DNA from: an uncultured Planctomycetaceae bacterium
GTDB lineage: Bacteria > Planctomycetota > Planctomycetia > Isosphaerales > Isosphaeraceae
Direction of reading: 5' to 3'
Assembly: GCA_963833985.1 (NCBI GenBank)
Contig: CAWIAD010000001.1
Location: 2,944,001-3,008,000, forward strand
DNA: 64,000 bases
Shown here: positions 1-10,115 of the stretch, piece after piece
How the letters are laid out: every line of letters begins with the position of its first letter
How positions within the stretch are numbered: the stretch's first letter is position 1
Translations under genes and position numbers: made by a program
Notes under the pieces: generated by a model
What the model was told of the DNA's origin: nothing
Seen by the model: only the letters and a program-made list of their open reading frames with translations
The model's database searches: none

Positions 1-145
1 GGACCGGGGTTGGTTCGGGATGCGCGGGGTAGGGCGAAGCTGGTTCCTGCGGTCGGGGGATGGTGGGGAGCTCGGACGGCGGAACCGAGGAGGGCTCTGG
101 CCTTCCGGGCACCGGGATCGAGTCCGGCACGGGATCGTCGGGCAT
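1..145 (-). CDS. Partial small Pro-rich hypothetical protein (runs off the window start)
   Basis: ATG at 145 preceded by AAGGAG RBS on the minus strand; translates MPDDPVPDSIPVPGRPEPSSVPPSELP... Confidence 0.45.
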   Translation of the reverse strand, partial: MPDDPVPDSIPVPGRPEPSSVPPSELPTIPRPQEPASPYPAHPEPTPV

Positions 146-246
146 GATCTGACTCCTTGAAGAAGGGGACCACGGCCCGATCGCCCCGATAGGAACAACG
201 TCCACGGGGGGCGAAGGAGCCGTAAGCTTCCTGGAAACGCGGCGGA

Positions 247-480
247 TCAATCCCTGGCCGCCTCGTCCATCTTGTCCTTGGCAGCGTCACCAGCGCGCTC
301 TGCCGCGTTACCGGCCTGATGGAGCTTCTCCTTCGTCCAATCCTTGGCCTGTTCCGCCTTCTCGCCGATCTTGTGTCCGGCCTCCTTGGACTTCTCAGCC
401 ACCGCGTTCCCGGCATCCCGGGCCTTGTCGGCCGCATCTTGTCCGGCGTCTTCGGACTTGTTTTTCCAGCTTTCAGCCAT
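247..480 (-). CDS. Small hydrophilic CsbD/LEA-like general stress protein
   Basis: MAESWKNKSEDAGQDAADKARDAGNAVAEKSKEAGHKIGEKAEQAKDW...; A/K/E/D-rich helical repeats typical of LEA/CsbD-like proteins. Confidence 0.7.
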   Translation of the reverse strand: MAESWKNKSEDAGQDAADKARDAGNAVAEKSKEAGHKIGEKAEQAKDWTKEKLHQAGNAAERAGDAAKDKMDEAARD

Positions 481-608
481 CGTTTGTGCCTGCTTCCCTG
501 GGTGAGGTCTCTTCGTGAACAAAGCCCATATCGTCACCCTGATGGAAAGGCAATTCGCATGCCGCGGTACGACCCCGCGAAAGAGCAGGGAAGCCGGGTG
601 GCCGCAGG

Positions 609-1607
609 TCACTGGGCGATTGCGAGGTGGTGGCTCTGCTTCGATGAAACGGACGACGCGGCGACGGTCCTGTTCGTGCCCCTGGCCCTGGCGAGGGTGA
701 GCGCGTGGTCGGCCGCGTCCAGCAAGGAGTAGACGTTCCCGGCGCAGGCAGGGAATTCCGCCACGCCGACGGAGATGGTGGTGTCGGGAAGTTCCGGCAT
801 GAGTTCCGGATTCGCGGCGACGGCACGCGCGATTTCACGAGCGACGTTCCAGGCATGATGCAGGAAGGTACGCGGCAGGACCACGATGATCCGATCATCG
901 TCCAGCCGGGCGACGATGTCGCTCTCGCGAAGCATTGCCGCGATGTGCTGCCCCACGCTGCGCACCAGTCGGTCGGCATAATCTCGACCGAGCAGTTCGT
1001 GAACGCCGTTGAGCCGGTCAATCGCCAAACAGAGCAGGGAGAGCGGCTCATCGTGGCGCCGCGCAAGGCCCAGCGCGAACGGCAGCACCGCATGCAGGAA
1101 AGTGGCATCGTGGAAGAGGCGTCCGGCCGGGGGGTGTTCCTGCTTCAAGGAGACCGGATCCGGGCTTTCCTCGGGCTCGCTCCGGCCGTTCTCCGCCGGT
1201 GCGGCCAGCCCACTGGTTTTGATCGGCCGAGACACGAGGTGGCGGGCATTGCAGTCAAAAGGGGGCAGGGCGGAGGCGGCCATGGTACAGAGCGTTCTGA
1301 GCCGTTCCAGGGTTGCCGGCGTGTAGCTCGCGCCCTGGCCCGAGGCAGGCTTGACCAGAAGGCGTCCCCGGACGACCGAGCCGGCCTGGACGGGTATCTC
1401 CAGGATCCCTTCACCGGGTTCCATGAGTGGCGGCAAGGGACCGCGAATCCACTGGACTGAACGGGCCGATGTGAGACGGCGCGTCGCGGCCAGGAACGAT
1501 TTCTCGATCTCGTCGGGATCGTTGCACACGGCCAGTAACTCGCCCAGTTCGTGGACGATCTGCTCTTCCGCGGGGATCTCCGTCCGCGCCCGGCACCGGG
1601 CCCGCAT
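609..1607 (-). CDS. GGDEF-domain protein with degenerate active site
   Basis: EPLSLLCLAIDRLNGVHELLGRDYAD..., RESDIVARLDDDRIIVVLP, TISVGVAEF, LLDAADHALTLARARGTNR match the GGDEF fold; GGDEF is replaced by DDDRI. Confidence 0.85.
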   Translation of the reverse strand: MRARCRARTEIPAEEQIVHELGELLAVCNDPDEIEKSFLAATRRLTSARSVQWIRGPLPPLMEPGEGILEIPVQAGSVVRGRLLVKPASGQGASYTPATLERLRTLCTMAASALPPFDCNARHLVSRPIKTSGLAAPAENGRSEPEESPDPVSLKQEHPPAGRLFHDATFLHAVLPFALGLARRHDEPLSLLCLAIDRLNGVHELLGRDYADRLVRSVGQHIAAMLRESDIVARLDDDRIIVVLPRTFLHHAWNVAREIARAVAANPELMPELPDTTISVGVAEFPACAGNVYSLLDAADHALTLARARGTNRTVAASSVSSKQSHHLAIAQ

Positions 1608-2319
1608 CCAGGCCCAGCGCCTTGCCTTTTGCGCCAGACCGCAAGCGATCCGGGTTGCGAGCGATCAGAAGAGACCTGCACCGGAGGCGCGGGCGGGTCG
1701 TTCTGGAAAGCAGAGGGGGCTGCGACTGCCGGATCCCTTCTCCAGTCACGCTTGAACATGATGCCGTCGCCCGTTCAATAAAGAGGAAAGCGCGCAAGGA
1801 AGCCGCACCGTCACCCGACGACAGTGGGATTGCCGTGGTTCAGGTGGTCGACGCTGCCAACCTTGCGCGATGAAGGAATAACAAGGCGTACTCACCTGCC
1901 CGGCGACTGCGCCGGAGGGGCGGGGATCGACGCGCTGGGAAACTTGATTGGACCGGACAGCAATTCCCGGACCGCAAGCTCCAGGAAGCTTTCACGCTTG
2001 CGATGACCCAGGGATCTGTCCCGGTCTCTCCTGCCGACTGGCAGGCCGCGTCAGCCGCTCCAATGCAACCGTAGGCCACAATTCGGGCCGCGCAAAAACG
2101 ACCTTGCCAGGAATCGAAAGAACCGGCAGGATACGCAACCGCCCGCAAAACCGCGCTCCCCGCATTTCTTTGGCTCACGAGCGCGAGCGAACTGGCAGGC
2201 CGCTTCAGGCGGACCGGCATCGGGACACTTCAGTCCAGATTCCGGGATGAGACGAGAAAATCATGTCTGCGGATCACGAGCGGCGGTGCCGTGATCCGGG
2301 CAGGATGAGGCCTGGGTCC

Positions 2320-2934
2320 ATGCGAAAGACGCGGATCGCGGCTGCGGCGGTTTCCTGGCTGGCGGTTGCCGCAGCGATCGTCGGCCAGGCGGGATGTTCC
2401 TCGGACGGACGACCTCACACGCTCGGCGTGGGCCGGATCTTCTCTCCCCGGCCGGTCGCCGAGAACCCCCTGGTCGTCCCATCGGCGGACTTCGAGACGG
2501 TCTGGAACAAGACGGTCGCGGTCGTCGATCAGTACTTCGACATCGCGTCGGAGAACCGGCTGTCGCGCACGATCGTCACACAGCCGAGGATCGGGGCCAC
2601 CCTGCTGGAACCCTGGAGCGGAGACTCGGTCTCGGTCACCGACCGGCTGGAGTCCACGCTGCAAACCATGCGGAGGTTTGCGACCATCAAGATCGATCCC
2701 GCGCCGTCCGGCGGATACCTCGTGAAGGTCGAGGTTCGCAAGGAGCTGGAAGATATGGTGAAGCCTGACCGCCAGGCTGCCGGTCGCGCCGTGTTTTACA
2801 ACGAGTTTCCGGTCAACCGCGCTCGAGAGATTGTTGGTCCCGTCCCCGCGCCAGTGGGGTGGATTCCACGGGGACGAGACCCGAACCTGGAGCAGGCCAT
2901 CCTGGCCGGGGTTCGTAATGCACTGTTTCTGTGA
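2320..2934 (+). CDS. Conserved planctomycete lipoprotein, function unknown
   Basis: Signal peptide with lipobox-like QAGC; coherent coding-like composition. Confidence 0.7.
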   Translation: MRKTRIAAAAVSWLAVAAAIVGQAGCSSDGRPHTLGVGRIFSPRPVAENPLVVPSADFETVWNKTVAVVDQYFDIASENRLSRTIVTQPRIGATLLEPWSGDSVSVTDRLESTLQTMRRFATIKIDPAPSGGYLVKVEVRKELEDMVKPDRQAAGRAVFYNEFPVNRAREIVGPVPAPVGWIPRGRDPNLEQAILAGVRNALFL

Positions 2935-3208
2935 GAGCGATCAGGGGATTGTCAAGGAAGCGCCGCGGTCTCCAATGGAGGGCACGCATTCGCGCGCGGT
3001 CTCGCTCGTCTCACGGAGCACACGACCTGGACCCGGCACACCTCGCTGACCAGTCACGACGAGTGATGACTCGAAGTGCGGGCCTGGCAGCGAGCGAGTC
3101 CTCGGCGGGAAACGATCGATCCGGCGCAATCCCATCAGCTTCACGGGCTTCCTGGCAATGCTCGACGCTCGGTAGCTGTGCTGGCCGGTGGCGTGGGAAG
3201 CCCTCCGG

Positions 3209-3940
3209 TCAGTTGGCGTTGAAGGTCCAGTAGGCCCCTGCGGCCGCAATGCCGATCCAGGTGATGGTCGGGTCGAGCAGGGCGGCACGATGAGCCGGTG
3301 AGCCCATCCACATGGCTCCGGGGAAGCCGGCTCCCATGGCGGAGTTCTGGCGCCGTGCTGGCCCCATGACGAAGTGGCCCAGGCCATACGCCATCTGCGA
3401 GTTGTTGTTCATCGCCGCCCAGTTGGACAGATTCTGGTCGTGGCTCACCGGTCCCAATCCATAAGAAGCCCGGGTGGAATTGAGCCAGGAAACAAACCCG
3501 TAGGGGTCGCCGTATGCCACGGCGGGGGCCGCTTCCGGCTGTGTCGCGGGTGCCTCGGCGGCCGGTGCGGTATAGGCCGTCGGCACCACCTGCGCTCCCG
3601 CTGCCGTGGTCTGCGTCTGCTGCGGCTGCTGGTAGTATTGCGGTGCCTGGGTATATTGAGGCACCTGGTAATACTGCTGTGTTGCCGCTTGCTGATAATA
3701 CTGGGGGGTATAGGTATACTGGTAATAGCCAGGAGAGTAGCCGGTCTGGTAATACTGCGTAGCGGGCTGCACGTAGTAATACACAGGCTGGCTTGTCGCC
3801 TGCTGGTAGTAAACGGTCTGCTGGGCAATGGTTTGCGACGAGACAGCAGCGATCGCCGCCAGTCCCAGCAACAGCCGAGCAACGGTGCTCGTCAGAGGTC
3901 TTCGATTCCGTTTCAATGAAGTGACTCCTCTAGAATCCAT
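3209..3940 (-). CDS. Secreted CAP/SCP-domain protein with Gln/Tyr-rich low-complexity N-terminus
   Basis: Signal peptide, Q/Y/T/P-rich tract, then WLNSTRASYGLGPV...WMGSPAHRAALLDPTITWIGIA (CAP motif). Confidence 0.8.
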   Translation of the reverse strand: MDSRGVTSLKRNRRPLTSTVARLLLGLAAIAAVSSQTIAQQTVYYQQATSQPVYYYVQPATQYYQTGYSPGYYQYTYTPQYYQQAATQQYYQVPQYTQAPQYYQQPQQTQTTAAGAQVVPTAYTAPAAEAPATQPEAAPAVAYGDPYGFVSWLNSTRASYGLGPVSHDQNLSNWAAMNNNSQMAYGLGHFVMGPARRQNSAMGAGFPGAMWMGSPAHRAALLDPTITWIGIAAAGAYWTFNAN

Positions 3941-4426
3941 GGGTCGATGCCGCACCTCACGACACCCGCACACGCCAGAGAGATCCCCGAATCCGGGATA
4001 AGCGTTTTCGAGGTTCCCAAAGGCACCCAGGCGGAATGCCAACATGGGATCTTCTTCCACAGAATGCAACACTTTTCGCGGATGTTGATAAAAAACAACA
4101 CGGCCGTTACTGCACTTGCATTCACATAAATAGCTATGTAGTCATGCGAGCGTTCAGGTTTGAGAGATCTGGTGCACGGCGCCGGGCGTGCCGTCGCAAG
4201 TGGATATCATGTCTAGAAAAGCGACGGAGGGGCGCGCACAGGCCTCGAGCCCGCAATAGGTGCAGGTAGGTGCACGGCTGGCCTGATTCACCCACCTTTC
4301 CGCGGGGTTTCGCGCATACATCCGGCAAACATATAACTTCCTGAATACGAAGAATTGCCTCCCGGTTGCGTGGCTGACACGCTTTTCGGCTGCACTTCTT
4401 CGGTTCCGGTTCAGGACGATCGCCTT

Positions 4427-5236
4427 TCAGGGCCTTTGCAGCGCGTACACCAGCACGTCCACGCCCGCCGCGTAATGAGCGATCGGCTGGGAGCAGGGAC
4501 GTTCGATTCCAGAGGCGGCGAGCAGGTTCTCATCAAGGGTGAGAACCCTTGCCGTTTGCAGCGGATAGGGGGAGTGATAGACCTGACCCCGGTAGAGCTG
4601 ATTTCCAAAGCACGTGTAGAGCAGGTAGCGTTCGGCAAGGAAGTGCTCGATTGTTCCCAGGACTGCCGGCGCGACCGGTCCGGTCACCTCAGCGCGAATG
4701 AGATACGACGCGGGAACCGGTCCCGGCCAGCGGCGGACTCCGGCGTAGAGCACGGGCCCGGGTTCTAGCAACGCACCGGGCCGCTCCCGCTCCAGGAACA
4801 TGTCCGCACGGTGGTAGGGCAGGTGGAAGAGCCTTCGGGCAAGGCGGACCGCGACCGAGTTCGCCGCGTCCAGACTGAAGAACCAGACTCCAGGGTTGCC
4901 ACCCCGATCAAGGACGTAGGTCCTCACATTGGTTTCATGGAAGCTGGAGAGCCCCGCGAGCGCCGGGGCAACCGTGGGTCGGACCCCGGTCATGGAGAAC
5001 GGAACCAGCCCCACGTAAGCCTTGCCTTCGAAGAGATCGAGCTCCAGTTGCGGGGGAAGCAGCGGACGGATCTGCTCAGGCGCCAGCGTCCAGTGCAAGA
5101 AGAGCAATTCCTTCCAGGTCTGACGCATCACGGAGCGGCGGTCCGGCCGGCGTGTGGGGCCAGTGCGATCGACGACTCCCGGTCCGTCGCCGGCGCTCGC
5201 CGAACACGGCTCTGGTGACCCTTCCATCTCGTTCAT
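4427..5236 (-). CDS. YqjF/DUF2071 family protein
   Basis: MRQTWKELLFLHW, GLVPFSM, FHETNVRTYV, GVWFFSLDAAN, FLAERY motifs. Confidence 0.9.
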   Translation of the reverse strand: MNEMEGSPEPCSASAGDGPGVVDRTGPTRRPDRRSVMRQTWKELLFLHWTLAPEQIRPLLPPQLELDLFEGKAYVGLVPFSMTGVRPTVAPALAGLSSFHETNVRTYVLDRGGNPGVWFFSLDAANSVAVRLARRLFHLPYHRADMFLERERPGALLEPGPVLYAGVRRWPGPVPASYLIRAEVTGPVAPAVLGTIEHFLAERYLLYTCFGNQLYRGQVYHSPYPLQTARVLTLDENLLAASGIERPCSQPIAHYAAGVDVLVYALQRP

Positions 5237-5301
5237 GCTGCGGTCTTCCGGCGTCAGGAAAGATCGGGCTCGATCGTCCTCGATGCGGCCGTTCGTGCTC
5301 T

Positions 5302-6276
5302 TCAAAGCTGGTCGGAGGAGATGATCTCTTCCCCCCGCGTCGTGCTCAAGGCGCGCCACGTCTGGATACTGATCGTGTTCTTCACGAACCGGACACTGCC
5401 GTCCGCCATGCTCGCGTTGACCCCGCCCGGGTGCCTGCTGCGGACGGCGTAGTTGTCGGGCAGCGCGGTGGTGCTCCCCGCGCAGGGAGGGTTCGGTGAA
5501 GTATCGACGCAGTAGTAAGCACTGAAGAGCACGTCCGGGAACGAACTGTTCGGTGCCAGGAAGGCCTCGAAGGCTGCGGCGTCGCCCCACCAGGAAAACC
5601 CACGAAGGTCGCGTCCCTGACCCACCACCACCTCGGATGCCAGCAAGGTCGTGCTCAACCCGTCTCTCACGGAGGCAAACCCGACCGTCTGTTTCCCTGG
5701 CTGCATGCTATCAGTCAGCGGTGAGCCAACGTCCACAAACGGCGCCCCGGCAAACCGAACGTCCTGGAAGTTGATCTGAAGCTGGATGGAGTTGCCAAAG
5801 TTTACTGCGTAATTCTGAGACGTGCACGCATAAGTGAGTCCGTTCATCGCCGCGGTGATCGGCGTGTTCGGTTGGTCGCTGGGACAATAATAAGTGCTCA
5901 CAAAAGTCGAGGTGACGGTCCGGTTCGCGACGCCGAAGTACCGCAGGTCGACGTCGTAGCCGGCAGGCAGGCCGGGCGCGTTCGATCCCATTGAATTCCA
6001 GGCGCTGAACAGCGGTTGCTGCTCCAGTTGCGGCAAGACGGCGACGAGCCAGGTTCCCCAGCAGCAGCCCTTCTTGCCCGGCGGCAGGACGTTCAGCGAG
6101 TCATGATACGCGTGCATGGCCAGGCTGATCTGCCTCAGGCTGTTCGTGCACTGAGCACGACGCGCGGTCTCACGTGCGGACTGCACAGCCGGCAGCAGCA
6201 GCGCGATGAGAACCGCCATCAGGCCGATGACGACCAGCAGCTCGATCAGGGTGAAGCCGCGACGATCACGATGCAT
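5302..6276 (-). CDS. DUF1559 prepilin-type N-terminal cleavage/methylation protein
   Basis: GFTLIELLVVIG...LLLPAVQSARETARRAQCTNSLRQ and C-terminal SRHPGGVNASMADGSVRF. Confidence 0.95.
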   Translation of the reverse strand: MHRDRRGFTLIELLVVIGLMAVLIALLLPAVQSARETARRAQCTNSLRQISLAMHAYHDSLNVLPPGKKGCCWGTWLVAVLPQLEQQPLFSAWNSMGSNAPGLPAGYDVDLRYFGVANRTVTSTFVSTYYCPSDQPNTPITAAMNGLTYACTSQNYAVNFGNSIQLQINFQDVRFAGAPFVDVGSPLTDSMQPGKQTVGFASVRDGLSTTLLASEVVVGQGRDLRGFSWWGDAAAFEAFLAPNSSFPDVLFSAYYCVDTSPNPPCAGSTTALPDNYAVRSRHPGGVNASMADGSVRFVKNTISIQTWRALSTTRGEEIISSDQL

Positions 6277-6354
6277 GGCGAGAAACCCCAGCGGTCAATC
6301 AGCGGTCCATCGGCGAATCAGGATGAAGCGGCCCGAGCACGCACCGGCTGCCCT

Positions 6355-6783
6355 TCATGGCTCGGGCTCAAGATCGTAAGCGCTCGGCCTGTTCCGGCCA
6401 GAGACGACCTGGGCCGTCAACTCGGAGTGTGAATTGTATTTGGAGGGGATCAGCTCGACCATGGGTCGCGGCTTCCGCTCGGAGGCACCCTTGGGTGCGG
6501 GTGCCTGCACACCGGAGCTGGCGTAAATGCGTACCCTGTACAAGCCCGGGACAGGGCCATCGTCCCGCGCAATGACGAACTCACCATGGCGGATCTTCGC
6601 GCCGACAGCCGTTCCCGCCCGTTCCGAGATCGGCTCGAACAGGATCGAGCCGCTCGTCAGCGGACGGCCGTCCAGCCGGACCGTGCCGCTGAGTGCTTGC
6701 CTGTCCACGCCATCGCCTTGTGAACACCCTGGCCCGGCAACCGCCAGCAGGCCCGGAACCGTCAGCACCGCACAGGCAACCAT
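6355..6783 (-). CDS. Planctomycete carboxypeptidase-regulatory-like lipoprotein (DUF1559 partner)
   Basis: PGC lipobox, SGTVRLDGRPL..GSILFEP, GPVPGLYRVRI, IPSKYN motifs; adjacent to DUF1559 gene. Confidence 0.85.
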   Translation of the reverse strand: MVACAVLTVPGLLAVAGPGCSQGDGVDRQALSGTVRLDGRPLTSGSILFEPISERAGTAVGAKIRHGEFVIARDDGPVPGLYRVRIYASSGVQAPAPKGASERKPRPMVELIPSKYNSHSELTAQVVSGRNRPSAYDLEPEP

Positions 6784-6952
6784 GAATTTCACTTCGATCT
6801 TCTCGGAATGGAAACGCTTCCTCTGGAACGGCCGATGCCCGCTTTGTCCGTCAAAGATTAACTCGAAAAAAGGTGAACCCGCCGCGACGCCAGGGTGCAA
6901 TACAATGCAGATCGGCACCCGCAAATGACGCGGCTTCGAGGGGACCGTTCGA

Positions 6953-7837
6953 ATGCATGCAAGAGTCGGGCCGGATGCAGAACGACTTCGCAGCTTTGCG
7001 GACCGGAGCGATGCGAACGAGTTCCGGACCTTGATGGCACGCCATGGACCGATGGTCCAGCGCGTCTGCCATGCGGTTCTGCGTGACCCGCATGACGCCG
7101 ATGACGCCTTTCAGCTGACCTTCATGGTGCTCTTTCAGAAGGCTGAGACGATCACCGGAGAAGAGTCGCTGGAGCGATGGCTCTGCGGCGTTGCCTACAA
7201 GACCGCGGCCCGCATTCGCCATCGCAATGCCCGCCGGCGTGCGCACGAGTGCGGTGCGTCGGCAGACCCCGCTGATCAGCCGGCTGACCGGCTTGGTAAG
7301 CAGGAAGTTTTCCTGCTGGTGCGGGAAGAGCTGGATCAACTTCCCGAAAAGTACCGGGCGCCACTGATCCTCTGTTACTTCGAGGGACTCACGCACGAGG
7401 AGTCGGCAAGGCACCTGGGCTGGGCGCCGGGCACGGTCAAGGTGCGGCTCGTCCGGGGCCGCAAGTTGCTGCGCGAACGCCTTGACCGCCGCAAGGTATC
7501 GCTGGGAGCCGGTTTACTCTGGTTCTGGAAACATCACGGGGAGACGCAGCCAGCCGACGTCCTGCTCGATTCCGTGATGGCGGACACGCAACAAGCATCG
7601 GCCGGCGAAGCCGTCCACCGGGAGGACCAGACCTCGGGCTACTTCAGCGGGCGCCGATTCTCCGGACGCGCCGCTGGCTCGATCGTATCGCTCGTCTGGG
7701 CCTTGATGCTGGCTCTGGGAGTGGCCTGGAGCATCTCCTGGGGCGTCGCCGTGGCACGGACCACACCGCCCCATTCCGACCCCATGGAGGATTTGCCCGC
7801 CAACCTCAGGAATGTCCTCGCGGTGGATTGCCGTTAG
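6953..7837 (+). CDS. ECF sigma-70 factor with C-terminal membrane extension
   Basis: [53 protein letters not shown]; hydrophobic C-terminal helix. Confidence 0.9.
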   Translation: MHARVGPDAERLRSFADRSDANEFRTLMARHGPMVQRVCHAVLRDPHDADDAFQLTFMVLFQKAETITGEESLERWLCGVAYKTAARIRHRNARRRAHECGASADPADQPADRLGKQEVFLLVREELDQLPEKYRAPLILCYFEGLTHEESARHLGWAPGTVKVRLVRGRKLLRERLDRRKVSLGAGLLWFWKHHGETQPADVLLDSVMADTQQASAGEAVHREDQTSGYFSGRRFSGRAAGSIVSLVWALMLALGVAWSISWGVAVARTTPPHSDPMEDLPANLRNVLAVDCR

Positions 7838-8061
7838 CCTTCGGCCGGCGATATCCGCCCTTTCTCGCAGCCAGCAAAGCCGTTGCGCATCTTCACAAAG
7901 CGGCCGTTCGTTCGCGGCCGTCTCTGTTCGTGCTCGCGCACGCCGGGTGCATTCCCGGCCGGCCGGAGGAGTTCCATGACACTGTCCTCCAGGCCTTCTT
8001 TCCGCGGACGCTTGTGACGCTCGAGCCTTTTTCCGATGACTCAACTCAAGGAGCATGGCTG

Positions 8062-9006
8062 ATGCAGGGATACCAGGTTCCGGATCGCGACAGAATTCAC
8101 GGGTGCGATGGGGTATTGAAAGCCTCCCCTGGCGATCATCCGTCGTCCCGCCCGCGGCGACGCTTCTTGACTCGCATGCTCGGACTGGGCGCGGGTGCCT
8201 GCGGCGCCGCGGTGGCAGGCCTCCCTCGCATCGCCAGGGCCGGTGGCGTGAACGACGCGGAAATCCTCGATTTCGCGCTCAACCTGGAGTACCTCGAGGC
8301 CGAGTACTACACCTTCGCGGTGACCGGCATGAGCATCGAGGCCGCGGGCATTGGCACCGGAGGAGCGGGCACTCCGGGCCCGGTCACCATCAAGGCCAAT
8401 CCCAGGGTCCCGTTCACGATTCCCGCCGTGGAGCAGTACGCCGCGGAGATCGCCCAGGACGAGCAAGAGCATGTGACGGACATACGCTCGACCCTCGCTG
8501 CGCTGGGAATCGAGCCGGTGGCGCGGCCGGCCATCGACCTGCTGAACAGCTTCAATCTCCTGGCGCAGGCGGCCGGGCTGGGAACGAGCTTCGATCCGTT
8601 CGCGAGCGACCTGCATTTTCTGCTCGGCGCCTACATCTTCGAAGATGTGGGGGTCTCCGCGTACCACGGTGCCGCGGGATTGATCGCCAACAAGAACATC
8701 CTCGGCGCCGCCGCGGGCATCCTGGGTATCGAGGCCTATCATGCCGGCCTGGTGCGCACGCTGCTTTACCAGATGGGTCAAGGAATGACGACCCAGGCGA
8801 TCTCCGGCGTACGCCTGTCGCTCGGCGGCGCCACCGACTATGGAGTGGCGTCGGGCCCCAACGGCACCTCGAGCATCGTGCTCAGCGACACCAGTTCGAT
8901 CGCCATCAGCCGGTCCACGCGCCAGGTTCTCAATATCGTCTACGGCGGCGTCAACGCGGCCAGCGGCCTCTTCTTCCCCAAGGGCCTGAACGGGGCGATT
9001 TCCTGA
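8062..9006 (+). CDS. Ferritin-like (PCC13-62/Ferritin_2-type) protein with Tat signal
   Basis: RRRFL twin-arginine leader; [54 protein letters not shown] 8 nt upstream of ATG. Confidence 0.9.
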   Translation: MQGYQVPDRDRIHGCDGVLKASPGDHPSSRPRRRFLTRMLGLGAGACGAAVAGLPRIARAGGVNDAEILDFALNLEYLEAEYYTFAVTGMSIEAAGIGTGGAGTPGPVTIKANPRVPFTIPAVEQYAAEIAQDEQEHVTDIRSTLAALGIEPVARPAIDLLNSFNLLAQAAGLGTSFDPFASDLHFLLGAYIFEDVGVSAYHGAAGLIANKNILGAAAGILGIEAYHAGLVRTLLYQMGQGMTTQAISGVRLSLGGATDYGVASGPNGTSSIVLSDTSSIAISRSTRQVLNIVYGGVNAASGLFFPKGLNGAIS

Positions 9007-9125
9007 GTGCGGGCTGGAGCCGCCGGGACTGCGGTCTCGGCGGTACTTCCGTCATTCCGGCAAACAAGGAACCAAGAGTCGAACACCTGTCCGATCGACC
9101 ACGATCGAATTTCCAGGAGATCCGC

Positions 9126-9995
9126 ATGAAAAGGGCTTACGCGCTCCTCGCCGCCATCACGCTTGTCGGGTTTCACGCTCCGGCCACAACCTGGGCGGGT
9201 ACCGTCGACGGCGTGACCTTCTTCGACAACCAGCTTGTCTCCATCGACACGACGACCGGAGTCGGAACGCTGATCGGCCCGCTGAGCACCGCGGTCTCGC
9301 CGTTCGGGCTGGCGAACGTCAACGGCAGACTGTACACCTTCGACTCGAATGCCGGCGTCATCACCCAGCTCAGCGCCAGCACAGGCACCACTGAGGCGAC
9401 GTTCTCCATCGGGATCGGCCCGGTCCTCGGCCAGGGAGGCCTGGCGTTCCAGAGCAGCACCGTGGGCTTCCTGACCTCCGCGCTCGACCCGACGACCTAC
9501 AACCCCGTGAACGACCTGTACCGGTTCGATATCGCCACCGGAAGCTCGCAGCTCATCGCACACACGGCCGACACGCTCGAGGCTCTGGCCTTCGGACCGA
9601 ACGACCGTCTCTATGGCCTGGGCAAGCTTGATGGCAACCTCTACGTGATCGATCCCAGTTCGGGGGCGATGACACTGGTTGGCAACGTGGGTGTCAGCGT
9701 CGGCAGCCCGAGCGGAGGTTTGACGTTCGGACCCGATGGCACGCTGTACGCGACTCTCGACGACAAACTCTACACGCTGAGCACGTTGACCGGGACAGCG
9801 ACACCCGCCGGTTCGGCCGATCCCTCCACCTACACGGGATTCAATACGATTTCCGGGCTGGCGTTCGTGACCTCGACCGTCCCCGAGCCATCCAGCATCA
9901 TCTCGCTGACGCTCGGCGCCGCGGGGGTACTCGGCCTGAGCCTGTGGCAGCGCCGGCGTCGAGAACGAATCCAGACCGTCTCGGCCGCGGGATGA
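9126..9995 (+). CDS. PEP-CTERM sorting-domain beta-propeller-like surface protein
   Basis: Signal peptide, repeated GLAF/GLTFGPDG-LY blades, C-terminal VPEPSS + TM + RRRR; CAGGAG RBS. Confidence 0.9.
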   Translation: MKRAYALLAAITLVGFHAPATTWAGTVDGVTFFDNQLVSIDTTTGVGTLIGPLSTAVSPFGLANVNGRLYTFDSNAGVITQLSASTGTTEATFSIGIGPVLGQGGLAFQSSTVGFLTSALDPTTYNPVNDLYRFDIATGSSQLIAHTADTLEALAFGPNDRLYGLGKLDGNLYVIDPSSGAMTLVGNVGVSVGSPSGGLTFGPDGTLYATLDDKLYTLSTLTGTATPAGSADPSTYTGFNTISGLAFVTSTVPEPSSIISLTLGAAGVLGLSLWQRRRRERIQTVSAAG

Positions 9996-10115
9996 GTGTT
10001 CGCGCCGGGTCGGATCACCTGGGGCGCTGATCCGTCGAATTCCCATCCGGTACGATGCGCAGCAGTTGCTCTCCGATCCGGACGGCATCGCCGCCGTTCC
10101 TGAAGGTTGTATTTC

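Noticed and set aside
8055..9995. 646-aa ORF as a single protein
   Set aside because: Its first ~355 codons are an off-frame shadow of the ferritin-like gene; the real PEP-CTERM protein starts at 9126 with its own RBS and signal peptide
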